A DNA stretch of 63,921 bases, filler included, from Phoronis australis (lineage: Eukaryota; Animalia; Phoronida): assembly GCA_002633005.1 (NCBI GenBank). It is 6 parts of 6 records of this genome, joined end to end, with 100 filler letters (N's around TTAATTAATTAA, not from the genome) between each part and the next. Parts side by side here need not be neighbours in the genome. Positions count along the whole stretch, not along the records: positions 1 to 17,411 come from NMRA01001487.1; 5 more parts are not named here. One strand, written 5' to 3'. This document shows positions 1 to 12,440 of this stretch, in pieces. A model generated the notes under the pieces. The model was not told where the DNA came from and made no database searches. It was given only the letters and a program-made list of their open reading frames with translations. Made by a program: the position numbers and the translations under genes. Positions within the stretch are counted from its first letter, which is position 1. Every line of letters begins with the position of its first letter.

Positions 1-19
1 AGACATTAGCATAAGAATA

Positions 20-2765
20 ACTGAACATTTGCAACTAAATAAGAATAACAATAAAGTTACGAACGTCCCGTCACATTATTATCCACACAACTATTTGATT
101 TAGTAGAGGATTTTTTGTGGATGAATGGGATGAAGCTGATCATCTACCACGTATTTGTAATTTTAGGTGTTGCACCGGGTCAGAGATCAACCCTCCTATG
201 GTTCCATTGTTACACCCGCATAGACGGATTCAGTGGGAAAGCTCTAATGCACTGGCATTCTCTCATGTTTTTTCAACTGGTGCTGAGAATTGTACGGCGG
301 CCGTGGATAGCTCGGTGGCTAGTGGAAATCTAGATAACGCGGTCAGATCCATAACAGATTTGGTGTGGCAGTCGGCCGTATCTACCATGAAAACTCGTAC
401 ATCTACGAATAGTAAGACTAAAGTAAATTGAAATTCTCGGACAAAGCAGCCACCCTGGTGGGATGATGAATTGGCTTCGGCCAAACGAGCAAAAATATGG
501 TCTTTAAAACTGTTTCGTAAAAACGCTTCTGTCTCGACTTATTAAAGCCATTAAACGTACCAAAAATAACCCTAAAGAGTTTTGGAAAATAATTAAATCC
601 AATATTTGGACATCCCGTATGTCTTCTACAATTAGTCCGCAGAAATGGCACGGCTATTTTAAGGATTTATTGAATCAAAACTGATCTATTGACGAGTCCT
701 GGAGTCAATTTGCCACGCAGGAAATGATTGAACATGATAGTTCCTATGAAAAGTGTAATATCAATTACCCATCTGATCTTAATACTGATTTTTGCCTTCT
801 GAAATATATGAGGCCATTGAACAATTGCCTACTGGCAAGGCTGGGGGTTATGATGGCGTGATCTTTGAAATGCTAAAGTGCACAAAGGTAACGATAGTGC
901 CAGTCTTGCATAAGTTATTTAATGCAATTTTTGATTCTGGGTATTATCCCCAGACTTGGTGTGACGCAGTGCTTACTCCAGTACATAAACAAGGCAATAT
1001 CAATGACAAAATAATAGAGGTTTCTCCCTGTTGTCTGCTTTGGGAAAACTTTTTACCAAACTTTTAAATAATCGTCTTTATTACTGGGCTGAAAACAATG
1101 ATAAACTTTATGAGTCTCAAGCTGGGTTTAGAAAAGGCTACTCTACGATTGAGCAGGTGTTTACACTTCAAGCTATGTGCCACAAGTATTTGAGTCGGCA
1201 GGGTGAGAGATTTTACTGTGCCTTTGTAGATTTCTCGAAGGCATTCGATCGAATCCCACATAATTTACCATTCTATAGATTGAAAAACATTGATGTGCAT
1301 GGTAAAATTTTCAACATAATCAGCTCTATGTATAGTAAGTTGCGCACTTGTGTGAAAACTCAAGATGGTCTTACAGAGTTCTTTGAATGTACTGTTGGTA
1401 CTTGCCAGGGTTGTATGATCAGCCCGTTGTGTTGTATCTAAATGAATTTCTAGATCAAATGAGTGTGAAAAGTAATATGAATAGCACATATCCCAGCGAA
1501 CAAGTGCCAAGAGTTAACTCCCTACTGTACGCAGACGACATGGTGTTATGTTCCTCTACCGCCATCAACTTACAACGCATGCTTAAGTGTTTGGCAGAAT
1601 TTTGCAAATCATGGGGCATTTGAAAAAAACTTAAGTGGTCGTTTTCAGAAATGGCGGTCCCCTTAGACGATATGAGAAATGGTTTTACAATGGAACATTG
1701 GTTGATGTGGTGTCTCACTACAAATAGCTTGGACTACTTATTACTCCAAAAGTTTCGTGGACCAAAGCCATTAAAGCCTTATCTAGTCAAGCAAATAAAG
1801 CTGCCTCTGCGATTTGTAAATTAAAGCGAAGATGTCGTGATCTGCCCCCGTCAATAGCCTTTCACTTGTTCAATAAAATGGTTTACCCCTCTTTGTGTTA
1901 TGTTGCTGAGATATGGAGCTTTAATTAATATGAACAATTGGAAAATGTACATATCAAGTTTTGTAAACGCATTTTAGGAGTAGCCACTTGTTATTCAAAC
2001 TCGGCAATTATGGGAGAATGTGGTCGATTCCCATTGTCTACTAAATATTTTGTTTCTTGTATAATATACTGGTTCAAAATACTAGAGATGCTTAGTAATC
2101 GTAGGGTAAAAGCTGCATATGATATGCTTTTTCAGTCAGACCTGATCGGAAGATCTTCCTATAATTGGGCAAGTTTTGTCAGGAAACTTCTGTCTGTGTA
2201 TGGTTTTTCAGATGTATGGGATTAATCAGGGTGTGGTAAATCAAGCGTATTTCTTGACTGTTTTTCTCAACGTCTCAACGACTGTTATTTGCAAGGTTGG
2301 CAATCTGATATCGAATGTAACGCAAAACTGCCTTACTATGTGAGGTTCAAAACAATGTATCGTCTTAAGAATTATCTAGAATTGGTTGGTATCCCATGTG
2401 TTTTTATCCAGTCTCTGACTCGATTGCGATGTTCAAATAATTCGTTACTGGTGGAAAGAGGTCGCCACACAAATATTCCCTATGAAAACAGGTTGTGTGA
2501 GTTATGTAATTCGTGGTGTGTAGAGGACGAACACCACGTTGTGTTAGTTTGTAGTGCGTACCAAGACCGTTAAATTCTCCCACGACACCTAAATTTGATT
2601 CTCTCATGAGAACTCCGGATAGCCTACTTATTAAATTCGTCCCTCACGCTCTCAAGCGTCATAATGTATTATATAGCTTAAAACGTGGCACCTAACAATG
2701 TTCTGTCTTGTACATGATATACTTGGGGCCTATGGCCATGTGTGTATGTCTCAATAAATCATTCT
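20..2765 (+). mobile_element. Decayed non-LTR retrotransposon (RTE-X/CR1-group LINE), RT to 3' end
   Basis: Frameshifted ORF pieces carry RT motifs: 'GKAGGYDGV..EMLK', 'ESQAGFRKGYSTIEQVFTL', 'CAFVDFSKAFDRI', 'LLYADDMVL' (~1522-1548). A C-terminal Cys/His knuckle 'ERGRH..IPYENRLCELCN..VEDEHHVVLVC' follows, then AATAAA at ~2753. Many stops and frameshifts. Confidence 0.92.
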
Positions 2766-3521
2766 CAAATAGGCACATTCAAAGCTGAAAAGTAATTTGC
2801 TTACAAGTGTAGTGATTGAAAGCCAATCCTCATCTAGTTGAGAAAAATATTTGGTTTTGTCCCCCGCTTCACAGTTCGTGTTCGTCTAAAGCACTAAAAA
2901 GCATTGAGCTTACAGCGGATGTCCCACTGTCTGGTCTCAGCACTTGTCAAGGTGAAGGTCGTAATCTTGTATATTGTACTATACACTGTCATGAAATGGG
3001 ACAGCTCCCCAGGATCCTTGTTTTGAGTCCTATTCCTCAGCCGTCTCAAAATATTTGAGGCCTGTAGCCCCAGAAAACTGACAGTTTCCAGGTAAAGCAA
3101 ATCTTCAGCACCTTTCTTAGCCTGTGGTAAGCGGACTTATGAGTGTTGTTAGAGAGCGCAACTTTCATGAAAGCCATTGCTGTAAATGAAAGTAGAAGTT
3201 TACAATGAAAAATGACAAATTCTAATCCATTGTTATCCTAGATAGAACATGTCTTATTTGTACATATTTTCTATGATATTGTAGTACCTTACATTTCTGG
3301 TAACACCATGTACAATACTGAGAATTCAAGTAAGGTGGACCGAGCTTAACGTCAAACTGGATAATAGAATATCCTGGTTATCAACAAATGCCAGATCACT
3401 GTTGAACCCAATCAATCATGCAAAATATCCTGCAATAATGTCATCATATCATATTGTTATAAAATAAGACGCTTGGCAATGCTAATCAATGGGTACAAGC
3501 TATTGAGTTTGCAAGACTTTG

Positions 3522-4900
3522 CAGTGTTCTCCACAGCCGCTTATGTCGCAGCGATCTGTTTGTAAGCACACGCGACCTGTCTAAAAAGTCCCACGACAGC
3601 TTTAAAAATTAGCGACCAATTTGTAAAAAGTACCGTCATGGTTAATAAAGTCATCATTAGTTTAAATTACGCTGTACAGCAACATTGAATACATATAATC
3701 TTATGAAACATAAATGTTGATAACATTGAATTTTGTAACACACAACACGTTATAGTTATCTTGTAGAATTACAAATGTCGAATTCGAGTAGTTGTATATT
3801 GCGGAGACACGTGGTTAGCGGCAACAAGTCAACGTTAGCTCCCTCTAACCAGGCCACCATATTTAAAAAATTACACAATCTCCATAACAATGTAAACTAA
3901 TGTGTGAGCTTTTAAGTGGGACAGCTATTGCTGATCATGCAATCATTGCTCTGACTATGTAATTAGTTACCCAATCGATATTTTGAAAATTTATCGTGAC
4001 TGAAAATACTTGACACTGGTATAATTTCGATTCACAGTACTTCTAATTTGAAAAAAATAAATGATTTTTGAAACCACTTTGTGGTGATGGTGATATCATT
4101 TCTAAAAGCTATTGGTCTATTTACATCAACCTCTATCCTATACTTTGGCGTGATTTCTTAGTGTACGGTATATGCATTCAGGTGTTACAGAGTGCTTAGA
4201 AGAACCAGCATGGGAATCTGTAGTCTACTCTCATTGTGGTCACTTTTTGGATTGTGTTTTCCTCATTGCAGCATCTGGTTCTTGGTGTGGTTGTACTCCA
4301 TTGTCCGACGCGTCTCGTTGTACCATTAGCCACATCAGATTGTATTGTCATTGACCGACAGGTACAGCGTAGCATGGTTGGGAACAATTGTCGGTGTTCG
4401 CCACCAATTTGCATCGAGCAGATATAAGACTTTCGAAAAAATCCTTTGGGGTGGTTTATATATGCGTGTAAAGCAGGCAATTAACTCATTCAGGGGATGG
4501 TGATCAAAACAATTTTCAAGTGTCCTCATGTGTCCTTGTATACACAAGGCAAGGCAGTGGAGACCGTCAACAGAGTCAAAAAATCTCCCAAAAATAAACT
4601 GGTCTGAGCTTGATAAAACAACTTGACTGAAGTGACACACTATTGAACAACGCAGATCTGCAGGCAATCGTCATCCGCCAACTCAAGGTCAAAGAGCACT
4701 GTTCGAGTAAATGATTTTGATGTTTGATTGTTTGTACTCTGTCTCAAGACACGCCTGTATTTGCCTTGCTACGTCATCTGAAAAAATTGAGAAGGCAAAA
4801 AATTACCAAAACATGTCAATTTCGGCCTGTTTGTACCAAAAATCATTTCACGACTGTCTCGGTGTAAAAAGATGCATAGGTTGCTCAGGTGAGCCCACTC
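3522..4900 (-). mobile_element. Possible highly decayed hAT-type DNA transposon remnant
   Basis: CAGTGTTCTCC terminus at 3522. Minus-strand peptide 'EHRQLFPTMLR..SMTIQSDVANG' (~4320-4400) loosely resembles the hAT C-terminal dimerisation domain. No partner TIR found. Confidence 0.3.
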
Positions 4901-5062
4901 CACTGATTACCTGGAACCAGTTTAAGTTTTGTTAATGTGTAATTAAAACCGACCTGAGGAGCTAGAGACCTGACTCAAGGGTCTAACAGTGTGCCCCAGT
5001 GGTACGCGACCCCACGACCTTGAGTTAAGGAAGCGGAAACATGTCTCACTAGCCCACAGTGC
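4880..5062 (-). mobile_element. Probable tRNA-derived SINE fragment
   Basis: Degenerate A-box/B-box-like head on the minus strand (gtgggctagtg...ggtcgtggggtcgcgtacc). The body motif 'ccac..cactgat(t/c)acctggaacca' recurs at ~51380-51405. Confidence 0.4.
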
Positions 5063-5229
5063 ATGCTTTTTTCGGTGCATGTGAGGAGAAAAGTATCCAA
5101 ATGCTCTTAAGCTGTACATTTCTGAAATTTAAGTTAAAGAGCGTCATTACCAACCAGATTTTTACTAATTTCTGCTCACCTGAACGGTAACTGTATTCGT
5201 GCCAAAAATTCTCAACCGAAGAAGGATGT

Positions 5230-6070
5230 GCTTTGAAAATGCAGTGACTTCCGTATCTTAGTACACATGAACAGAGGCCAAATTTCTGGGCCCCATTTAC
5301 TCAAGACAATTTCAAGGTACTATTGAACACAATTCGTGGCAATTATTTCCCATTTAGTCAAAAAAAGAGATACTGTTTGATATTGTTGAAAATGAATGAC
5401 GATAGACTGTCAAGACAATTTTCATAATGCTGCACGAAAACGATTTAAAAAGTCATAAGAACCAGTGTAACTTAGTAAAAATGTATTATTCACTGCTGGG
5501 TTTGGTTGTGTTTGATTGCAACAAGGAGTTGGTGATGGAATGAACGTTTTAATTTCTTTTAAGCAAAGGCTTAAGGATATGAATTTTCAGTTGCGGCTGT
5601 CTTTTGCAAATACGGACAAATGTAATTTCAACCTTTCAATTAAATTTGAATTAATATGTGAAGAGTAGTTAAATGGTAGTCTGTCTTTAAAACAAGAATT
5701 TGCAACGAATTTGATGGGTTTGATGCTTCATCTTATGGTTGAGTTGGGTAGAAGAAACTCTCAATCAGAAAGAGCTTGTAAAGCTTGTAACACCGACGAA
5801 ATTTAAACAGAGATACACTTTTAATTTGATTGTCCTGTACTTGCAGACTTACGGAAATATCTATTACCACAATGTAAGGCACTTTTTGGTTCAGATTCTA
5901 TGTATGTTTTAAGTAACAAAACATCCTCCATTCAACAAGCAATGACAATTACGAGCGAAATTATTAGTATTCGATAAATCGTCTAGAGTATACTGTTTGT
6001 ATATTAATATGTTGAACTGTGGGTCAATGGATCTATGACTTTGAAATAAACGTTTTGTCGTTGTTGTTGG
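5230..6070 (+). mobile_element. 5'-truncated decayed LINE 3' fragment (RTE-X/CR1-group)
   Basis: Degenerate C-terminal knuckle 'VELGRR..SERACKACNTDEI..EIHF..DCP' at ~5740-5840. Ends in AATAAA (~6045) followed by a (GTT)n-like tail. Confidence 0.7.
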
Positions 6071-6899
6071 TCCAAAAATTACGCCAAACCCGACCCATTT
6101 CATTTTCATACTATTTTAGGAGCTATAAACCGTGGCTTTACTCCCAAACGCGACGGAATGAATGCCGTCCCTGTATCCGGGTAGTCCAGACGATTCCACC
6201 ATTTTGGGTCTAATTCTTTCCACTTTTCCATGGGAAATCACATGGAGTTAAAAGGTGTAATCTGTTTTAGAACACACGTTGTTAAGATCGTAATGCTCAT
6301 GGTGAAAGATACCGTGGAATAAGTTTCAGATTTTAAAGTATTTGTTGAAACTTGTCTGTTTAAACAAATGTGTTATTACATATGTCATTGTTTCCTGGAA
6401 TTTTGAGTTGTTGCCAATTGCCATACATACTAATTTTTCATACCTACTGTCCTATTGTGGCGTGGTAAGCGGTCACGCAACAGCTTATCCTGCGTGAATC
6501 ATAATTAGACAGTTATACCCAATTGTTATGGATCTAGTTCGACCATCCAATAGTCCACTAGTCCGCAGGTCCACAAATCCGAGGGTCCGTAAGTACAAGG
6601 GTCTGGAATGATAGGTTTAAAGTACCTCAAGTTGAAAGGATCAGAAATCCGAAGTAAGACAAAGTTAGAAGTACGTTCAGGTTTGAATTTTTATGGCAAC
6701 CCGTGACTCCCACGAGAGACGTCAAATTAGCTGCTCAGCTGCACTTTCCGTGAGGAAATATCCAATATATTTGCTGCGCCACATAATACAAGAGAATGCC
6801 CCTTGGACTCATCGAGATCGAGGATGGGGGAGGGGGTGGAGACGAGTCCACAAGACGGATAATCACGGTGACAACTAATCGAACTCACCAGATGGAGTA

Positions 6900-8900
6900 C
6901 TCAGCGTACTTTTCAAGGTAGTGCTTGGGTGCAGCGTACACTGAGACGCGCGAGGGATATACCCAGGGCGTGCACCCCCTGCAGTGCCAGAAACCTCCCA
7001 GCCGAGCAGGTATCAGTGAAGAACGTTCCCCAAATCCGCCAGCAGTAGTAAGCCAGCACCAAGTGGTTTTTAAAGTAGCCAATGAAATAGTCATTAACCA
7101 TCAGGTAGACCAAGCTAAAGAACACGCAGAAGAGGTTGACACTATGGAAGAATTCTTCACCAGTTGCAACTAGTCGAGGTCATCCCTCAAAGCACTGTTG
7201 AAGGTACCAGGGGGCAGATAGTCGAAGGAATCGGTTTTGCTGTGATAACCACGAAGAAGCAGTTGAAACTAATTGTCACCAAGAGGCAAATAAAGCAGAG
7301 CAAGTCAAGTTGGTTCCTATTTCAAAGAAGCAGCTGTGAATAAAGCTAGGCAATGACTTGGAGGAAATGCTATCCGTGAAACTTGGAGGACCCAACTTGA
7401 GCACGCTTAAAGCTATGGCGACAGTCATTTACAGAGTGTCCGTAGATTGGTTTGTTGTAGTGCAGTTTGAGACAAAAATCAACAATACTAGAGGGCTAAT
7501 CAGAGGACTATGAACTATTGCTCTCGCAAGGAAAGATCTGACTATTACCACTCTGCAAGGATGCCACAGACGTTGAAAAGAGGGGCCTTCTTGAATTACG
7601 GGAAGATGCCAGGAAACGAGAAATTCATCAGTAACCCACGCCTATTCGCTTCATCTCTGTTGGGTGAGAGCACGAGGTGCTCTAAGGAAGAGTTAGAGCA
7701 TTACCTTTTGACTGTGCACTGCGACCTTGAGAAATGTCAATCCATTACGTGACTTTGAGAGGATTACAGAAGCAGGTGATCCTAAGGAGGAATTTGAGAT
7801 CAGCGATATCAAGACGTATGAGGTTGAGAGCGTTCTTTGGAAGGCCAGAAGAGCTTTAGCGCCGAGACCAAATGGCACCTCCCAGAAACTGTACAAAAAC
7901 TGCAGGATAGTCCGTGGGGTTTGAAAAAATGGCTCCTTGCCGTCGTAGTGGGGGATGTCGGGAGGAGAATACGTCCCAAAAGAAGACAAGTCAAAAGTTT
8001 TAAGAAGTCTCTATCCATTTCCTTGTTAAGAACCGAGGACAAGATGTTTTGGGTAGTGATTTCGAACAGAATCAGCAAGTACCTGTTAGACAATAAGTGC
8101 ATAGACATGTATGGCCAGAAAGGAGAAATTCCAGGCTTCTTGTGGTGGATCGAACACAACGCAGTCTTTTGGGAACTTATTGAGAGAGCAAAGAAAGGGA
8201 AAGGGAACTTGGCTATGGTGTGGTTAGACTTGGCCAGTGCTTGTCAGTTGATACTCTATGTTCTGATCTATTTAGCTAGGAATAATTACCACGTTCATGA
8301 GTAAGTCTAGCATTTAGTCAAGGATTATTTCTTCTTTTTCAGGATGGCTTCACAACTAAGTGCAATCCTTCACAACTAAGATAAAGGGATTGTGGCCTTG
8401 AATTTCATCCTTGAAGAGCTCATCTGAAGTTGCCGAATGAAAGCTTCGTGTTGGACATTTGTCGATGACAACGTAGTCAAGAATCCTCTGGTAGGGACTG
8501 GCCACATACATTTGTACTGATGGGTCTTGAGAGGGCTAGACTGACATTTAAAGCGAAGAAGTCCCGTTCAATGATCATCTGGAAAGTCCAGCTGACGAAG
8601 CGTTAGAATCATGCAATAGGAGGATCAACAATTCTGCCTTTGTTAGAGAAGGCGGTGAGGTACCTTGGGAGGTATTACGGGAGTTCCCTTAACGACGGTC
8701 TTCAAACAAAAAAATAACAAGAAGCAGCTGGGGATATGGCTAAAGAAGATAAACTCCAGCAGCCTATACCTTGGCATTTAAAACTTTGGTGTTACCAACA
8801 CGTATTCATGCCGAAGTTGATGAGGCCATTATTAGTGCAGTGTATATGATGTGCCGTTTACAGCTGCTGACAAAATGGAGCGTCTGGCTTTAAGCGTGTT
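6900..8900 (+). mobile_element. Decayed Hero-clade (R2-group, RLE-type) non-LTR retrotransposon
   Basis: Peptides match Hero RT-region motifs: 'KFISNPRLFASSLLGE..CSKEELEHYL', 'KARRALAPRPNG..KLYKNC', 'ISLL..EDKMFW..ISNRISKYLLDNKCID..QKGEIPGF..IEH....LIERAKKGKGNLAMVWLDLASA', and 'FVDD' at ~8458. Frameshifted throughout. Confidence 0.82.
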
Positions 8901-9029
8901 ATGCTTGGTGTCACAGCCAGGCTTACAGGGTAATTGCCAAAGTCGTCCACGAAGAATCGAGAGTTAAGGCAAAGGCGCCAGAAAATTGCAACTTATAGAT
9001 GTCATGAGAAGCCCAAAGGTCATCTTATG

Positions 9030-9240
9030 GAGAACCACAAACCTCACTACAACAGCACGTCACTATCTTCAGGCTGAGAACTTTCCACAGTCAAATCCTT
9101 TCTCAGTTGTATCGTCTCACACGTTTGAGTGCCCGTGTGGCTCTGGCCATACCCCAAACCACATCCTACAGATCTGCTCAACATTTGACAACCAAAGTCG
9201 CCAGACATGGTCCAGTCCGGTAGAACAAAATCATTGAGTT
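9030..9240 (+). mobile_element. Short C-terminal fragment of an I/Ingi/Nimb-like LINE
   Basis: 'TIFRLRTFHS' followed, after a frameshift, by 'ECPCGSGHTPNHILQICSTF..RQTWSSPVE'. This is the CPC..H...C knuckle typical of RNase H-bearing I-group LINEs. Confidence 0.6.
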
Positions 9241-10559
9241 TTGATTTTCTTCTGGAAATTTCCTCGCAGGGGAAAGAGAATTACTCTCGTTGCAAGGTGA
9301 TACTTTCGTCACGAATTGTTCCATTTCAAGATATTTTGACGAGCTTGCGTGTTCCACGCCTCTTTTTACCCATGCAACTTTTTCGTCGTTTTAATTTATG
9401 TTTCGGGTAGTAACTTCTCTTATGTCAGATGGTGATCATAATTACTAAACTACTTCCGGTTAGAAGTTTGCGATTTCAGTTTTAATCTGCGTGGGACTGT
9501 TTCATAATTTTACGGGTTCCACATAAGAAAAGTATCGTATGCAGACAACTTGACGTTTCTACTAATTCGAGCTACTAGAAATGTACTTAAACAAAGAAAG
9601 TCAAAATGTTAATATTTATTTGTTGACTTGAGGAGTGATTCCTACATTTTTAAATGGCATTTTAGTTGTATCAGGACGCTGGAAGCCCGGGACAATCGCG
9701 GGTAGACGACAATTTCATATTTAAGACAGCCGCACAGTTTTACAAACTCCACTATTTGCGAATAACCCTTCCATTAAAAATAACTCTTATGTAACTATCA
9801 ATTACTGCTTTTTCTTAATATACCAAGTCTTCAATTACAATAAGGTTAACTTTTAAGTTAAATGTGCGCCCCGAAATCCTCTGTTACGCCCACAGAAGTA
9901 GCTTGGTTCTTGCGCACTTATACTAAAATGCCCATACAGTACAAAATCAGGTTATTTAGCTAACTAAAAGACAAGTCCGTTAACTCCGTGGGGTTTGTTA
10001 ACAATATTCCAAGTCTTCATTTTTGATGGCTTATTTCTTCATTTGTCTAGAGAATGTCAAAAATCTGAGGAACAAAATTCTTTGGCCACAGACATGAAAT
10101 TAACGGCAAAACAGGATGGGAATCAGTCATACATGTACATTAGAAATTGATATCCAACACTGTCAAAGGTAAGAAAGTCAAAGTTTAAACATGACCCCTT
10201 AAGATTTGGGAGGTAATTGAAATCGTATCAAAAACAAGTCCTATATCATGCGCTTAAAATTTTATTATTTTGGGTGAAAGATTACACAGAGTTTGACAAT
10301 TACCTGAACTGCCAAAAGTCAATCAAGTTTAACAATGTTCACTTAAGGTTATGCAGGACCCTACAAACACCTCCAATTTTGACCAACATCAGAACATCCC
10401 GTCTCAGAATTGAGTGGTTGGATTTACAAAAAAACTTTGAGATACTATGCTTTATGCATTGTTCTCCAAAACCAGGTTAGCAATTGTTTTCAAATGTTCC
10501 ACTTTTGCATCAGTGGCTATCAAAACATATGTCTAATATGATTTTCATGAAAAAAAATT

Positions 10560-10850
10560 AAAGTTGCACAAAAACGAAAATGAAACGAAAATTTAGAAAA
10601 ACAGTAACAGCATATTTGAGATTTTATCTTAAAAATTTATATCACACGAAATTTGTTCTTGTTATTGATCCAGTTGTTTTGCTATGAATGTACCTTTCTT
10701 TTTGCTAAATTTTGCTAAAAATGGAAGGTTACTGACCTAGTTACTGAGAGGTCAGGATAAACTCAAAAAGCAAATTCAATGAATTTGTACTTTCAGAAAA
10801 TATATTCTTTTGCTGGGTTTAATTTTATAGGGAATACAGTAGTCACCTAT
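10560..10850. repeat. Old dispersed non-coding repeat (copy 1)
   Basis: Shares a block pattern (gagattttatctt...gaaattt...ttttgcta.gaat.tacctttc...aaatttt) with 16300-16620 and 51040-51310. Confidence 0.5.
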
Positions 10851-11034
10851 GGGCGACCTGTTTGTGTTTGCTGACATATACTATGCAACAGCGCCAGTTA
10901 TGTACAATCATTCTATCACTTATCTCTATAGCTCTGTAGACATTGGGCTAAATGTACCAACCTGTAGACAGGGCCCTACACAAGTTTAATCTACACTTTG
11001 AAAATAGTCCAGAGCTATTCCAAGCTGTTCAACA

Positions 11035-11040
11035 TTTATT
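11035..11040 (-). promoter_or_regulatory. Candidate polyadenylation signal of the multiplexin gene
   Basis: AATAAA on the minus strand ~1.4 kb downstream of the stop codon, at the end of an AU-rich, TE-poor tract that looks like a 3' UTR. Confidence 0.45.
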
Positions 11041-12440
11041 GTAATATACAAAAAGTACAAAAAATATAGTCATCTAAAAGCCTTGTGCTCACTCACAGTT
11101 GCTATGGTAACAACGGTTAAAATAATATCTGCACTCCAAACACTGATTATGCCAAAACTGAGTACAAGCAACACCTCAAAAGTTCTATTACCTTGATCCC
11201 ACGGCTTTTACAAAAACTAATCAATGTCAGGATTCTGCTTCACTTACTTGAAATCAAGTGGGGGGTCCAGTTGAAAACTGGAATTCTCTATAAATAGCAA
11301 AAAATTAGTAGCAAGTATGTGCCACTGAATAGTCCTACTACTAATGGAGTTGAAGAAGAAACCTGATCTGACACAAACAATACTCTCGTGAATCATGTCA
11401 CATAAATATACTTATATTAAAAACTAATGTCATACAGTGCACAAAAACTGATATGATAAATATAACGCACTACTAATATTAATAATGGCAGTTGAGTAGC
11501 ATAAATTGCTTTATGGGGAAAGCCGATGTTTTTGATACTACAATAAAAATATTTGTTGCCAGACTTTGACAGATTTTAGTTCAAACTGAAAAACTGCTAA
11601 TTTTCTAACATTAATAAATTAATCATGCATGGAAAATCCAGAAAATAATGTACTTGATATTTGACATAGATCACTTTTGGAATGTTGCATGACTAACCAC
11701 GTCCAGTAATAGTATCGAAATATTGGTAATAGTCACTTACAGGGATCCCACATTTTGAGAACCAGATTTCTACACTGAATAACAGGCTTCAAACTGGTTC
11801 TCAAAATCAAAGATCCCTGTGGTAATGCCAGAGAGAATGGCATCAAAGACAATGGCTTTCCCCTTTAAAACCTAATTATGTAAAATATCTTGTTCTACAT
11901 TCACATAACAACAAATGCATAGTGAATAATTTATGAAATGCCCTTCCCCTTTTGTTTAATAAAACAGCTGAATCCAGAAAAATGATAAACCCATTTGCGT
12001 AGTCTCACATTTTTAAATCTGAATATTAGAACTAATACTTCAAGTAGCACCCATCATATAAACACTATTTTGTACAAATAACAACAATTGGGAAAATGGG
12101 TTTCAGAGATAACACATTTAGTAGAGAAATGCAACACTGCACAAGTAGTAAGAAAGTCAGATAAACAATAACATAGTAAGATTTCTTCTTTGAAATTTTC
12201 TCAGGTATCAGCAAAATAGGAATTTTAAAAGCAACCAGCAAGTAGCCAAACAGGTTAAAGAAGAGTGTGTGTTTAGTTCAACTATTCATCCACATAATAT
12301 CACCCTGTAATAGTCTTAGCATCTTAAACAAATTTATGACCTCTTAAGGAAAGGTCACAACCACTCAGAAGCAGACGATGGAGGATAAACAATGGTGCCA
12401 TCTATGAGTAAAATGTAGAACCAAGCAGCCATCATTTAGT

